Below are positions 11,518-21,789 of a DNA stretch of 64,000 nt, piece by piece. The DNA is taken from the NCBI GenBank assembly GCA_001179505.1, contig CDMY01000324.1, forward strand, positions 1-64,000, given 5' to 3'. Each line of letters begins with the position of its first letter. Positions within the stretch are counted from its first letter, which is position 1. A program made the translations under genes and the position numbers. The stretch is from Vitrella brassicaformis CCMP3155. Taxonomy: Eukaryota; Protista; Chromerida. Below the pieces are notes generated by a model. That model did not search any database. It worked only from the letters and a program-made list of their open reading frames with translations, and was not told the DNA's origin.

Positions 11518-13653
11518 TGTGTGGCTCCCTCCCTGCCTCCCGTTGATCAGTGCATCTGCTCCATGCCAACCATGAGAGGGTCACGCGGCTCCCGCTCTGG
11601 TGCAAAGACGTCCAGGACCGCGCTATGTAAGCCAACACCACAGCCACCACAACGTCACACACAGAGAGATCCATCCGTCCATCCATCCATGTGTGCCCGG
11701 CCTCTGTCAACCATTCACTCATCAGCAACCTGGGCGCGGCCCCCGATGCCGCCCCCCGCACAGCAGCAGCAGCAGCAAAGGGCAAGGCGGCCCCAAAGGC
11801 CAGACCGGTACACACACACACACACACAGACCCTTACACAGCCCTTATTCGCTCTCTCCCTGCCTGTCCACCCATCCATCCATCCATCCATCAGGCTGTG
11901 CCGCGAGCGCCTGCAGCGGCAGCAGCTGCGGCAGCGGCTGGTGGTGGAGTTGGTGCAGCGGCGTTCAAGCGCAAGGCGGGCGAGGGCATGCTTAACGGCG
12001 TGGGGGGCGGCGAGGCGGCTAACGACAGGGAGAGGAAACGGGGCAGGGGGGAGGAGGTGGGTGAGATTCGTGCCAACGTGATGGATGCATCTTCCCGGTG
12101 GATGGAGAAGTGATCCGTGTGTGTGTCCTCTGTGTGTGTGTGTGTGTGTGCAGGTTGGTATGGGTGTTCGTCGGTATCGCTTCACGAGTAGCGAGTCCAA
12201 CTTGCAGCCCACGTCGATCACCATGGTGCTGCAGCACCACAAGGTAGGCAGCCACCTGGCCACAACTCAACTGACTGACGATGTGTGTGTCCGTGTGTGT
12301 GCAGGATGTGAGCGACTTTCTGTTGCCGGAGGTGAGCATCGCCTATGCCAAGGACTACATCAACAAGTGAGTCGGGAGGGAGGGAGGGCAACTGAGGGAT
12401 GGTGCACCCTTCATTTGGTGTGTGTGTGTGTGTCGATCAACCGATCAGCCCCAAGGAGATGGTCCGTGTGCGGTGCAACATCTGCGAGAAGAGCGACNNN
12501 NNNNNNNNNNNNNNNNNNNNNNNNNNNNNNNNNNNNNNNNNNNNNNNNNNNNNNNNNNNNNNNNNNNNNNNNNNNNNNNNNNNNNNNNNNNNNNNNNNNN
12601 NNNNNNNNNNNNNNNNNNNNNNNNNNNNNNNNNNNNNNNNNNNNNNNNNNNNNNNNNNNNNNNNNNNNNNNNNNNNNNNNNNNNNNNNNNNNNNNNNNNN
12701 NNNNNNNNNNNNNNNNNNNNNNNNNNNNNNNNNNNNNNNNNNNNNNNNNNNNNNNNNNNNNNNNNNNNNNNNNNNNNNNNNNNNNNNNNNNNNNNNNCCC
12801 CCAACACACACACATATCCAGCACACACTCTCTCTCTCCCATCCCCCCCCCCTCTCGTCAGCTACCCCCTCACTACGGCGGCCCGGGTACGCTCCCACAC
12901 ACCCACAGCACAGCCCAGCAGCCAGCCCAACCGTTGTGTTTGCGTGAATCAGAGGTCGCCCCGTCTTGGCGGCCCGTCTGTCGAGTCGGGTGGTGAGGGC
13001 CCCGTGGTGCTCAAGTGCGGCCACTCGGACGTCAGATACCTGTACGTGAGGTGTCGAAGGCACCCACTCACTCACTCACTCACGGCACACACGGCAGACA
13101 CGGGAGATCTGTGTGCCTGTGTGTGGATGTGTGTGTCCTTCAGGTGGTACATGATTGTGAGAGTGAAGGACCCCAGCGGCACCGAACTGGTGGTCGTCAT
13201 TCTAGACGACGACGTACGCACCCCACCCCCACCGCCCCACACACACACATACTCACACACACGCTCAGCTGCTCCCATGTCTGTCTGTCTGTGTGTGTGT
13301 GTGTGTGTGCAGGGTACCATGCTGGGCATCCGTCCGTCGGACCTGTCTGAGCCGGCCGATGAGGCCAGGCTGAAGGAGCTGCTCGTCGGGCTGCAGGGGC
13401 CGGGCAAGCGGGACCCCAGGCACTGGCTGCACAAGCTCTCCGTCGCCTCATATGTCCCCGAAAGGTCTGAACACTCTGTCTGTGTGTGTGTGTGTATGAG
13501 ACTCATCGTGTCTGTGTGTGATTGTGTGCTGTGTGCAGGAACAAGGCGATAGCTGCCGAGATAGCAGAGGAGAACTACATGGAGCGGTCGTACAAGGTGC
13601 GGTGCTACCGAGTCAGGCCGACCAGCAACAGAGTCGAGGATGTCACCTCATGA
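9078..13653 (+). CDS. POT1: POT1-like telomeric ssDNA-binding OB-fold protein (multi-exon, interrupted by an assembly gap)
   Basis: Spliced exons give YYYQQLAQL...NLYGVVWE...LPFLTAGDIVRVHR (POT1 OB1-like), YFDVIAR, FDWIRLRN, and C-terminal CNIC...CGH plus YMIVRVKDPSG (Zn-containing C-terminal OB-like); stop at 13651-13653. Confidence 0.75.
12498..12797. other. Assembly gap, 300 N, inside the POT1-like gene
   Basis: N run. Confidence 1.
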
Positions 13654-14101
13654 AATATATACCCCACACGAACACACAGACAGACAGACAGACAGACAGG
13701 CCGGTCATTGGAGAGACTGTGTAGGGGCCTCCCTCCCTGCCTGTGGAGTGGTCAGTAGCAGCTAGTCCTGCGGTTGGTTAAGGGCTGTTTGGCGGGGGGC
13801 TGTGCTCTTGTACATTGATTGACACACACACCGAGATGGGTGTGCGGGCTTGTACCTGTATGGCTTGCACTGAAACCCACTGAACGATGGGGAATGAGTC
13901 CGATCCACATCTCCACAACTTAGCTCGCAGATCCTTCAGTTGTGCTCTTCTTTTCTTTTCCGCCTCTTTTGCAGCGGCGAAGATCTTGTGAGTGAGGATC
14001 TCGCTGATTGATTGAAGCCTGCCTGTCTGCTCTGTCAATGAAGTGGACAAGACGCAGCAGCAGCATCCGCTCTCTGTGAGAAGGGCCAGCCCACTCAGCC
14101 A

Positions 14102-15601
14102 ATGGCGCGGCACAACTCATCATCCCGGACGAAGGGCGAGGGCGAACCGCCGAGGTGGAAAACAGTCGCTGTGGTGAGCCGCGATGCTGCTGATCTTCCT
14201 CCGCATTCCATAGCCATCCATCCATGTGTGTGTCTGTGTCGTGTGGCGTGTGCGTTGTCTGCCATGTCAGCTTGCGGGGGGTCTGATCTTCAACTTGACG
14301 ATGGGTAGCATGTACACCTTCGGCAACCTCAATCTGTACATCACCTCCTACATGCGGCACAAGAGCCACATCCCCATCAGATACAAAGACACCGCATGGA
14401 TCACCACTTCTGGTGAGGCGAGGCGAGGCGAAGGAGGCGAGGCGCGACCGACTGATTGATTCGTTCATTTCGTGTGCCTGCTGTGCATTCGCATGTGTGT
14501 GTGTGTGTGTGTGTTGTGCAGCCGTGATTGGGGGCGGTCTGATGATTCCGTTCGGCGGCAAACTGGAGCAGACAATCGGACCAAGGTGACACCAGCCAAC
14601 ACCACACAATCTCACACAATCTCACCTCACCCTCGTTGTGGTCTTCCTTCCCTCCCTCCCTCCCTCCCTCCCACTCTGCAGATGGGGTGCGCTGCTGGGC
14701 GGCTTCCTCATGTCGAGTGGCGTCCTGCTGTCGGCATGGACAGTGCGGTCGTACCCCCTGTTTCTCCTCACTTACGGCATCCAGTTCGGCCTCGCCAACG
14801 GCATCGCCTTCCCATGCCCACTTGCATGCGCCTTCCGGTGGATGCCCAAGAGGAGGGGCCTGGCCAGCGGGGTCATTCTGTCCGGCGTGGGGCTGAGTGC
14901 TCTCGTGTTGGGGCCGATACAGGTGAATAGGTGCGTTGGGTGTGTGGGATGGGGAGAGGATCGCTATGGATTGTCTGTGCTGTGGGGCTGGCTGTTGTGT
15001 GACAGACGTGGTATGTGAATCCTGACAATGTTCGTCCGGATGTGGCGCCCTATGCCGCGCATCCCGAGGAGAGGTACTTTGACGACCCTCAGGTGCTCGA
15101 CAGGCTGCCCAAGCTGTTCTTCTGGAGGTCAGGCCAGACACATAGCACACCGTAATGAGGATTCTCGTCACGTATGTTGCGTATGCCTGTGTGTCGGCTG
15201 TCAGTGGTTTGGTCTACGGTGTGATCCAGTTTATTGGTGCGTGTCTTCTGATCGACCCGCCAGAGCCGTCCCCACCCCCCTACAGCCATCGCAAGGTAGC
15301 ACCCACTCCTCCACCACACGGAATGTGTACCACCTCCCCTCCTCTCCATTTGTGTGTCTTACCTCGATCAGCGTGTGTCAACTGAGGCGGATGAGTCGTC
15401 CGAGGCGCACATGCTGCACCGTGTGGTCGACCCGCAGCTGTCGCCGAGTGAGGCACTGACCACGCCGCAGTTCTGGCTCCTGTGGGCGCTCTTTTTCCTC
15501 AACTCACATGTGGTGTCCTTCCTGGCCACTTTCTGGAAGGTATGTAACCAGACAGGATCAGTATGTGGGCGGTGCTTATGGTGCACCTGTGTCTGCCTTG
15601 C

Positions 15602-15635
<34 letters not shown>

Positions 15636-16530
15636 GGTGTTGGGTCACTCCGAGGGTCGTTTGAGCGACCACACGTTGGCCTACATGGGGAGCACGACGG
15701 CGGCCATCGCGAATTGCCTGGGGCGGGTGGGGTGGGGCTACCTCACGGACCAATTCACCTTCAAGTTCTGCGTGGTATATAGGGCGACAAGAGCACACAC
15801 ATATGGGGGAATGGATGGATGGATGGATGTGTGTGCAGATGGCATTGGCGCTGATTGTGTGTGTCTTTGGGCTGAGCATCCGTTGGGCGGCCAGGTGGGG
15901 TGTGGTGCCCTTCTTCGTCTGGCTGTTCGCACTCTACTTCTGTGTCGGAGGTCAGGCAATCAATCAGTAATCAGCAAACACGGACACACACCACACAGAC
16001 GAAGGAACAGTCAGTCACCATCCACCCATTCGCTCCTGTCGTTGTGTCTATCGTTTCTGGTGAGTGCAGGCAACTTTGCCATGTTCCCTGCGGTGCGTGC
16101 AGACACACACCAATGCAGGGAGGCAGCAGGCATGCATATCGGCAGCCAAGTGGTGTGGTGTGGTGTGTCGCTGTCATTCCTGCAGGCGACTGCTCACACG
16201 TTTGGGGCGCAACACTTCGGTCCCAACTACGGGCTCATCTACACAGCCCGCGTTGCCAGCTCCCTACTGGTGGCCTCCCTCTTGGCATATACCTACCACC
16301 CTGCCGGCTTGGCGGGCGTGACATTCTGCATCGGCATGTGCAGCCTTCTCAGCATCTTTCTGGCGGCCTTTTTTGACCCGCAGCCTCTGCGACTGCGCCT
16401 TGACGCCTTCCAAAGCGATGTCCCGATCAGCACGACGGAGAGGCAGGTCCATCATGCGCCTCCGTGGCAGACGAGGCACCACTTTAGGGAGAGGAAGAGG
16501 GGGCATCAGAGACAATATGCAGCTCGGTGA
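14102..16530 (+). CDS. MFS transporter, oxalate:formate antiporter (OFA/OxlT)-like family
   Basis: Spliced TM-rich exons: GSMYTFGNLNLYITSY, GIQFGLANGIAFPCPLACAFRWMPKRRGLASG, EALTTPQFWLLW, LGRVGWGYLTD, GNFAMFPA, FGAQHFGPNYGLIYTA. Confidence 0.85.
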
Positions 16531-17024
16531 CATTTGTTGAGTTGCTGCTGGTCGGTGCTGAGTATGGATGTGGCTGTGCTGAAATCGCATGATGTGATGT
16601 GTGTTTTTCTGTGACCTGGTTGCAATTATTGTGTGCTCTGTCTGTATCTTCATGAGCCTTTGTGGTGCGGGCGATACAGACAGAGAGTACATTGACGGAG
16701 ACACTGCTCATATTTGTCACTTGAATGTCAGTGATGATGATATCAGTGACGTCTCTCTCTACACGAACATGTCACGCCTTGACATTCAACCATGGACGTC
16801 CGTGCGGAGAAAAAGTGCTAGCACATGGGAAAAGAATGAATCGTCGGTCTCTTTGAAGATGGATGCTAAAGTGGATGTCCATTTGTACCACCTCCTACCC
16901 GTCGGCTCACTCTGTCAGTGATCCAGAGGGCAAATGGCTGAGAAAGTGTGGCCGCCTTCCTTGCCTGCCGAACGCACTGCTGAGCTGGCTGCCGCCGTAG
17001 TTTGGCTGCAGTTTGTTGAGGTAG

Positions 17025-17125
17025 GGGTGACTCGGAACTGTGGGACCAGAAGGGAATTGGGTAGTGACACCAAGTGGCCCTGACCACCGAAGGCGAAGCT
17101 AGTGTTGTAGCATCTCGTGTTGGTG
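17025..17125 (-). mobile_element. Helitron Rep N-terminal-like fragment (TNTRCYNTSFAFGGQG...PQFRV)
   Basis: Resembles the Helitron NIRxYNxxFAF..G...FRI motif; short, no helicase seen. Confidence 0.4.
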
Positions 17126-17427
17126 GGCACCGCACCCACTCATAGGCGCCGCCGGTGGTTGGCACGGCGCCTGACGGGGTATTTGTGGGTGGTGTACTTC
17201 TCGTCAATATCCATAGGCCGCTCCCAGTACGAGACACGAGGGGGGTTGGCGACAGTAAGACCAACTGCACCACGCATACATACATACAAGCAGACAGACA
17301 GAGAATGAGGCCCTGCCGGCCGACCCGTCAGCTCCCCAACTGACTGACCTCGACACGGAATGCCTCTTGCTGGCCGCCGTCGGTCGGGGTCAGAGTTACG
17401 CCAGCGATGCGGTCGGGCACCATGCTG

Positions 17428-17560
17428 TTAGGCGTCGCAATTGGCGTCACTGTTCGGGTTCCTCGGACACTCGTGATGAAAGCGTTTCAAACCGCAGAAC
17501 TTGCATGTGATGTGGCACGGAAGGGGGCAGTTCCTGACTGTGTGCTCGACCTCCTTCATG
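17428..17560 (-). mobile_element. Gag-like C-terminal double zinc-knuckle fragment, copy A (HTVRNCPLPCHITCKFCGLKRFHHECPRNPNSDAN)
   Basis: Cys/His pattern ending in a stop at 17428; clear paralog at 19204-19365. Confidence 0.6.
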
Positions 17561-17639
17561 TACCACTTCCGCCCTCGACTTGGGAGTTGAAGATGTACAG
17601 ACTCCTTGCCGCCAGTCGAGGGCTTGATAATGTATAGAC

Positions 17640-18947
17640 AGACTCCTTGCCCCCAGTGATGCAAGATGTCATACGGCACGTTCTTCGCAGGACAGAAATT
17701 CTCAAAGCCAAACAACGCTATGCCGTCGGGGCAGTGCCGCATGCTGTAAGCCGACTCGGCCCTTTAGTAGCATCAGAGCCGTGTCTCTCGTCAACCAAAT
17801 CAACCCACCTCTTGCGCTTGTTCTTGGGGCTTGCCGCTCATCTATTTCGTCAATGATCTGCTCCTTGGAGTAGAGAAACCCCACCAGCTCGTATTCGTTT
17901 CGCCGGTCGTACTCAGCTGTGTTGAGGAAGCGGTCGACTCTCTCGCGAATGGTTCTGGACGCCGTGTGGCGGATGAGCAGGGGGCCACAAACGAGGTCAG
18001 AGGTCCCTGCCTCGCTGAAGAGGGAACCAGACAACAGCACTGGATGCACTATCACACCCCAAACGCATTCGCTTACTTTCGTCGGGGATCTCCTGGATGG
18101 CTATGGGGTCGCCGCCCTCTGAACACAAACATACAAACACACACAAGTAACACACACAGAGACACACACACAGAGACACACACAGACACACGCAGAGAGC
18201 AGGGAAATGGAGAAGTGACAGCAAGTGCATCAGTGTGGGGCTGTTGAGTCTGACCTCTCGAGGGCTGCACCGGCTGTCCATTCTCATCGTCCTCACCGAT
18301 AAGACGTGCTGGACGGAGGGTTGGGGTGGACACCGACGCTCGCCCGAGAGGGAGAAGTATGCCGACGCTCACCCGAGTGAGAAGCACGAGGGTGCATACC
18401 TGAGTGAGAAGCACAGGGCATGCGCGACACCCCGGTCCGCTATGTTCTTGATCGCCTTATACGTACGCCCATCGCATGCATGTCCAGTACAAGTGGGCTC
18501 AATCTGAAGCACAAATTGGCCATCAAAGAGACAGGCCGTTACTCGCTAGGACTCCAAATCGATCGACATTACCTCAATCGCTTTCAGATGTATTCGTTGC
18601 GCGCGAAACACCGACATCTGCATGGCCTCGACGGTGAAGGGCTGCTGTATGCACAGAGGGCTCTGGAGCCTCACGGGAATAAGGGGATATTTTGTCTCCA
18701 CTACCGGTACGTCTACCGGTGTACTGCAAAGAGCCAATTCAATCCAAGCCGTGACAGACCTCGCGTGTATATGTATGTGCATTCTTACTCGTCCTTCATG
18801 TGTCTGGAGATCTTCGGTACACAGAGGATGCAATCATCAGACAGCATCAGCCGGCTGTGTTCCAGTCTTGTGTAGTTCATCAGAATGTTCAGGTCCTGGG
18901 TGCCCTCGGACTGCACAGAGATCACCTGGCCGGATACCGTTGTGATG
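17640..18947 (-). mobile_element. Intron-containing, frameshifted CMC (CACTA/Plavaka-like) transposase fragment
   Basis: Exons 18947-18789, 18723-18574, 18503-~18410 and 18118 onward splice in frame; ends FGFENFCPAKNVPYDILHHWGQGV (F-D-P..P-x-D-x-L-H..G-V-like motif); 1-nt frameshift near 17825; truncated at 17640. Confidence 0.5.
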
Positions 18948-19203
18948 CTGCGAGCAAACAAATGCCAACCAACAGATACACAAACCCTAGACATCCAAGA
19001 TACCCTCCTTACGCTCACGCCAGAAAGTTCATGTCTGTGTCCGACGCGAGATTGCCTTTCCGCTCTTTCAAACTATACTGCCTCGTCTTCTGAAAGGGCG
19101 ACACACAACAACTCCTTGGTATTGGGGCTCCTTGGTATTGGGGAGGGGGTGAGTTTTGGGTGTGGCTATGGACCCCAGCTGTGTGTTGCCCTGTCCGGCT
19201 GGC

Positions 19204-19560
19204 TCACTGTTTATCGCGGTTTGCGTCGCTGTTTGGGTTTCTCGGACAGTCATAATGGAAGTGTTCCCGCAGAATTTGCATATAATCATGCACGGGTTGG
19301 GGCAGTTGCGGACGCTGTGCTTGTGGTATTGCGCCGTTTGCCGTGTCCTGCAGTTTGCGCATTGTCCGGCTGAAACGATTCCTTCTGTTGGCGCCGCGCT
19401 TGCCGTGGTGTGCTGCTGGAACGCTGGTGGGGTTATGGGGCGAGGGCGAGCCGCGAGAGTCCGCAGTGGGTTGATGGGAGGAGCCAGGACGGCCGGCGGC
19501 GTGTTGGGCCTGGTAGGGGCGACTTGGGCCAGCCGGCGGACCATTCCGTGGTCCAAAGTG
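19204..19560 (-). mobile_element. Gag-like C-terminal fragment, copy B (CANC...HKHSVRNCPNPCMIICKFCG-fs-HFHYDCPRNPNSDAN), frameshifted
   Basis: Homologous to copy A; ~4-nt deletion near 19265 shifts the frame. Confidence 0.6.
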
Positions 19561-19580
19561 ATGGAGAAGCGGCCGCCTGC

Positions 19581-20450
19581 TCAGAGGCCGCTCGCCTGCC
19601 GAATAGCTGCCACTATGCTTTCTTCCCACATGTGCGTGTGACAGTGTGCGGCCGAGCACGCCAGGAGTGCGCTGCGGAGCTGAGCGAACCGGTGCGCGTC
19701 GGCCCTCTCGCTGTCGATGTTGGATATATTGACACACAATGTTGATGGCGACGATCTCAGGAAAAGTAACGAACGAGAACAGCGAGAACAGCGAAAACTC
19801 TTGGGCAACGCAAACTGATATGGCCTGTACATACACGCAGGCAACACACATTAATACAAATTTCGAGACACAAACAAACACAAGCAGGAGACATGGAGAC
19901 ACAAGTTTTCGCACCAGAGCTCGTTGACGGCTGCAACAGTGTTGCGACGGAAGTCATGCACGACATTCATGTCGATGACCTCCTCGCGGGGGACGAGATT
20001 CAGGGCCTGAGCTGCTGCAATAAACAAACAGTCGCCGCGGCCAGCGTTGTTCGTCCGCACGAAACGGCGGTCGTGCCGTCCCCATCTATAGCCGTCAACT
20101 CTCGCTCTGCAAGATAGACCGGACGAGCGTCTTACTGGCTTTCTTTCTACTCCTCACCTTGCAGATAATCGAGGAACTTCGGCGACGACCGGCTCCAGCT
20201 GGTGTCCCTGAGAAAGAGACGAGGGGGTCGAGGGTGGCTGAGGGATGAAGTTGAGTGGTGGTGATGGAGGCGTGAATGTCTCCTCCCAGACACACCCGCG
20301 ACACTCCCCTGCAAGCATACAGACAGGTCCATGGGTGTCCGCTTTGACGAAAACGAACTTCCTTGCTTACGTCAAGGGAGAGAACTGAAAGGGATTCACG
20401 AACTCGTCTACAAGTGAGCGCACTTTTGTCTTCTGCACAGCTACGGGGGC
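19581..20450 (-). pseudogene. Spliced OTU-like cysteine protease gene fragment
   Basis: In-frame splicing across about four introns gives ...RFVRTNNAGRGDCLFIAAAQAL...HDFRRNTVAAVNELW|PYQF; GDCLF resembles the OTU catalytic-Cys motif; no clear start. Confidence 0.55.
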
Positions 20451-20499
20451 AGTAGACGGACTGAATCGAGCCCAGCAATGCTGCCGTGAAAGACTGAGT

Positions 20500-21000
20500 G
20501 TATATCCTTGCTGGACTTGCTGGCTGATGTCCACCATGTTCAGTCGAATGAGGGAGCCTCGCTCATGGTCGGGCAGACGTCCACGGGTCCTGCGGGGCCG
20601 GTCTGGCGGTGGCTTTCGTGGTTATATTGGCGACTGCTCGGCATACTCCGACCAGCAGCTGCTCGTGCTTGTGGTCGAGGTGATTGACGATGCTGTGCAG
20701 GTCGCGCATCGAGTCAGCCAGTGTCTCCTGGACGTCTGCCACGGTGTCTCAGACGATGTCGGCACTCGTTTGCAGAGCATATCATGACCCACCACCACGG
20801 CCGCCGTGACGATCCTGATGGTATCGTCGAAGTTGGCAGAAAGTGCTTGAAACGCCGAGTTGCGTCACGAGCTGCTTGATGACGGCTTTCATGCCCGCCA
20901 GCTTCTGCCCGTCGGCAGGGAGCTGCGCAGCAATCTGCTGAGCGAGGATGCGCCGTTGATGACAAGCCGTGTCTTCTGCCGCCCGTCTGCCTTGGTCGTC
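20500..21000 (-). pseudogene. Stop-interrupted coiled-coil/gag-like ORF remnant
   Basis: One frame (ILAQQIAAQLP...DTVADVQETLADSMRDLHSIVNHLD) with several in-frame stops. Confidence 0.3.
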
Positions 21001-21004
21001 CTTC

Positions 21005-21235
21005 TGCGCGCCCCTAGGGACGTCACGTCTCTTGCGCCAAACGTAGGTCTCGTACTGCTCGAGTTTGTCGACCTCAGCAACGTCCGACTCTCGCCACCGC
21101 TGTTGGTCCTGTGGGCTCATCCTCCTGATGATGGACGGGGTGACCTTCATGCCCGGCATCCACTTGACGTAGTTGTGACCAGAAACGGATGGGCTGCCAT
21201 GGCGCCGTGGCTGGTCTGCCGTGAACGCCCAAGCT
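21005..21235 (-). mobile_element. Ty1/copia pre-RT/RT-start fragment
   Basis: SPQDQQRWRESDVAEVDKLEQYETYVWRKRRDVPRGA matches the copia W..A...E..sL....Tw.lv..P.G pattern, then breaks off. Confidence 0.6.
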
Positions 21236-21310
21236 GCTGGAAGCGGTCGACCAGCCTAGTTCATGTTCTCCCTCCACTGCTGAATCGACAGGTTGCCGCT
21301 TCAGCTGCCA

Positions 21311-21400
21311 CGCGCAGGATCGTGCATTGCAATGCGGGCACTGCACCCACGTGTCCTTTGGATATTCCTCCATGCACACCAGACAGTATTCGGAGATCCC
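21311..21400 (-). mobile_element. PHD-finger-like fragment (YCLVCMEEYPKDTWVQCPHCNARSC)
   Basis: CxxC-x7-WVQCxxC spacing typical of the first half of a PHD finger. Confidence 0.5.
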
Positions 21401-21520
21401 AGCGACGGATCGTCTCTCCCATGGCAATCGGCCGGACGCCTCCTGTCGCGACACCCTCGTCATTGGTCTTCTCGAACGCGCTCAAGCGGGCTGCTGAGAG
21501 GAAGGGGCGGAGGGAGGGGG
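21400..21520 (-). mobile_element. CRE/R2-type non-LTR retrotransposon reverse-transcriptase fragment
   Basis: AARLSAFEKTNDEGVATGGVRPIAMGETIRRW matches the RLIAL.K..GGVRPIAVGE.LRR motif. Confidence 0.7.
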
Positions 21521-21789
21521 GCACGCGTGAGTGGACGAGCAGACCGAGTTGGGGATGGGCACTTTGCATCACCAGTTGTGTTCAGCTCTTGTGTCCCTTC
21601 AACTTGCACGTTGCCCACACTGGTAGACGACTCATCACCATAAGTCGAGTCATGAACGTCGCAGGTAATTTGGCTGCATTGTGGCTGCGTTTTTAGGCTT
21701 CTAAACGTCTCAAATTCTCGACCCCCAAGCTGGCCGTCTGCAAATTCAGATGATATGCAGACTGGGGGCGAAGAGGGGGAAAACACCTC

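Noticed and set aside
13778-14113. Small minus ORF (AAAKEAEKKRRAQLKDLRAKL)
   Set aside because: Protein-like but no clear start, stop or domain; too weak to call
18330-18420. Imperfect ~27-29 bp triple repeat
   Set aside because: Lies in a predicted intron of the transposase fragment; ordinary slippage
16600-21700. A single intact LTR retrotransposon, Helitron or CRISPR-like array
   Set aside because: No LTRs, TIRs, canonical Helitron termini or repeated spacer-flanking units seen; pieces belong to different classes
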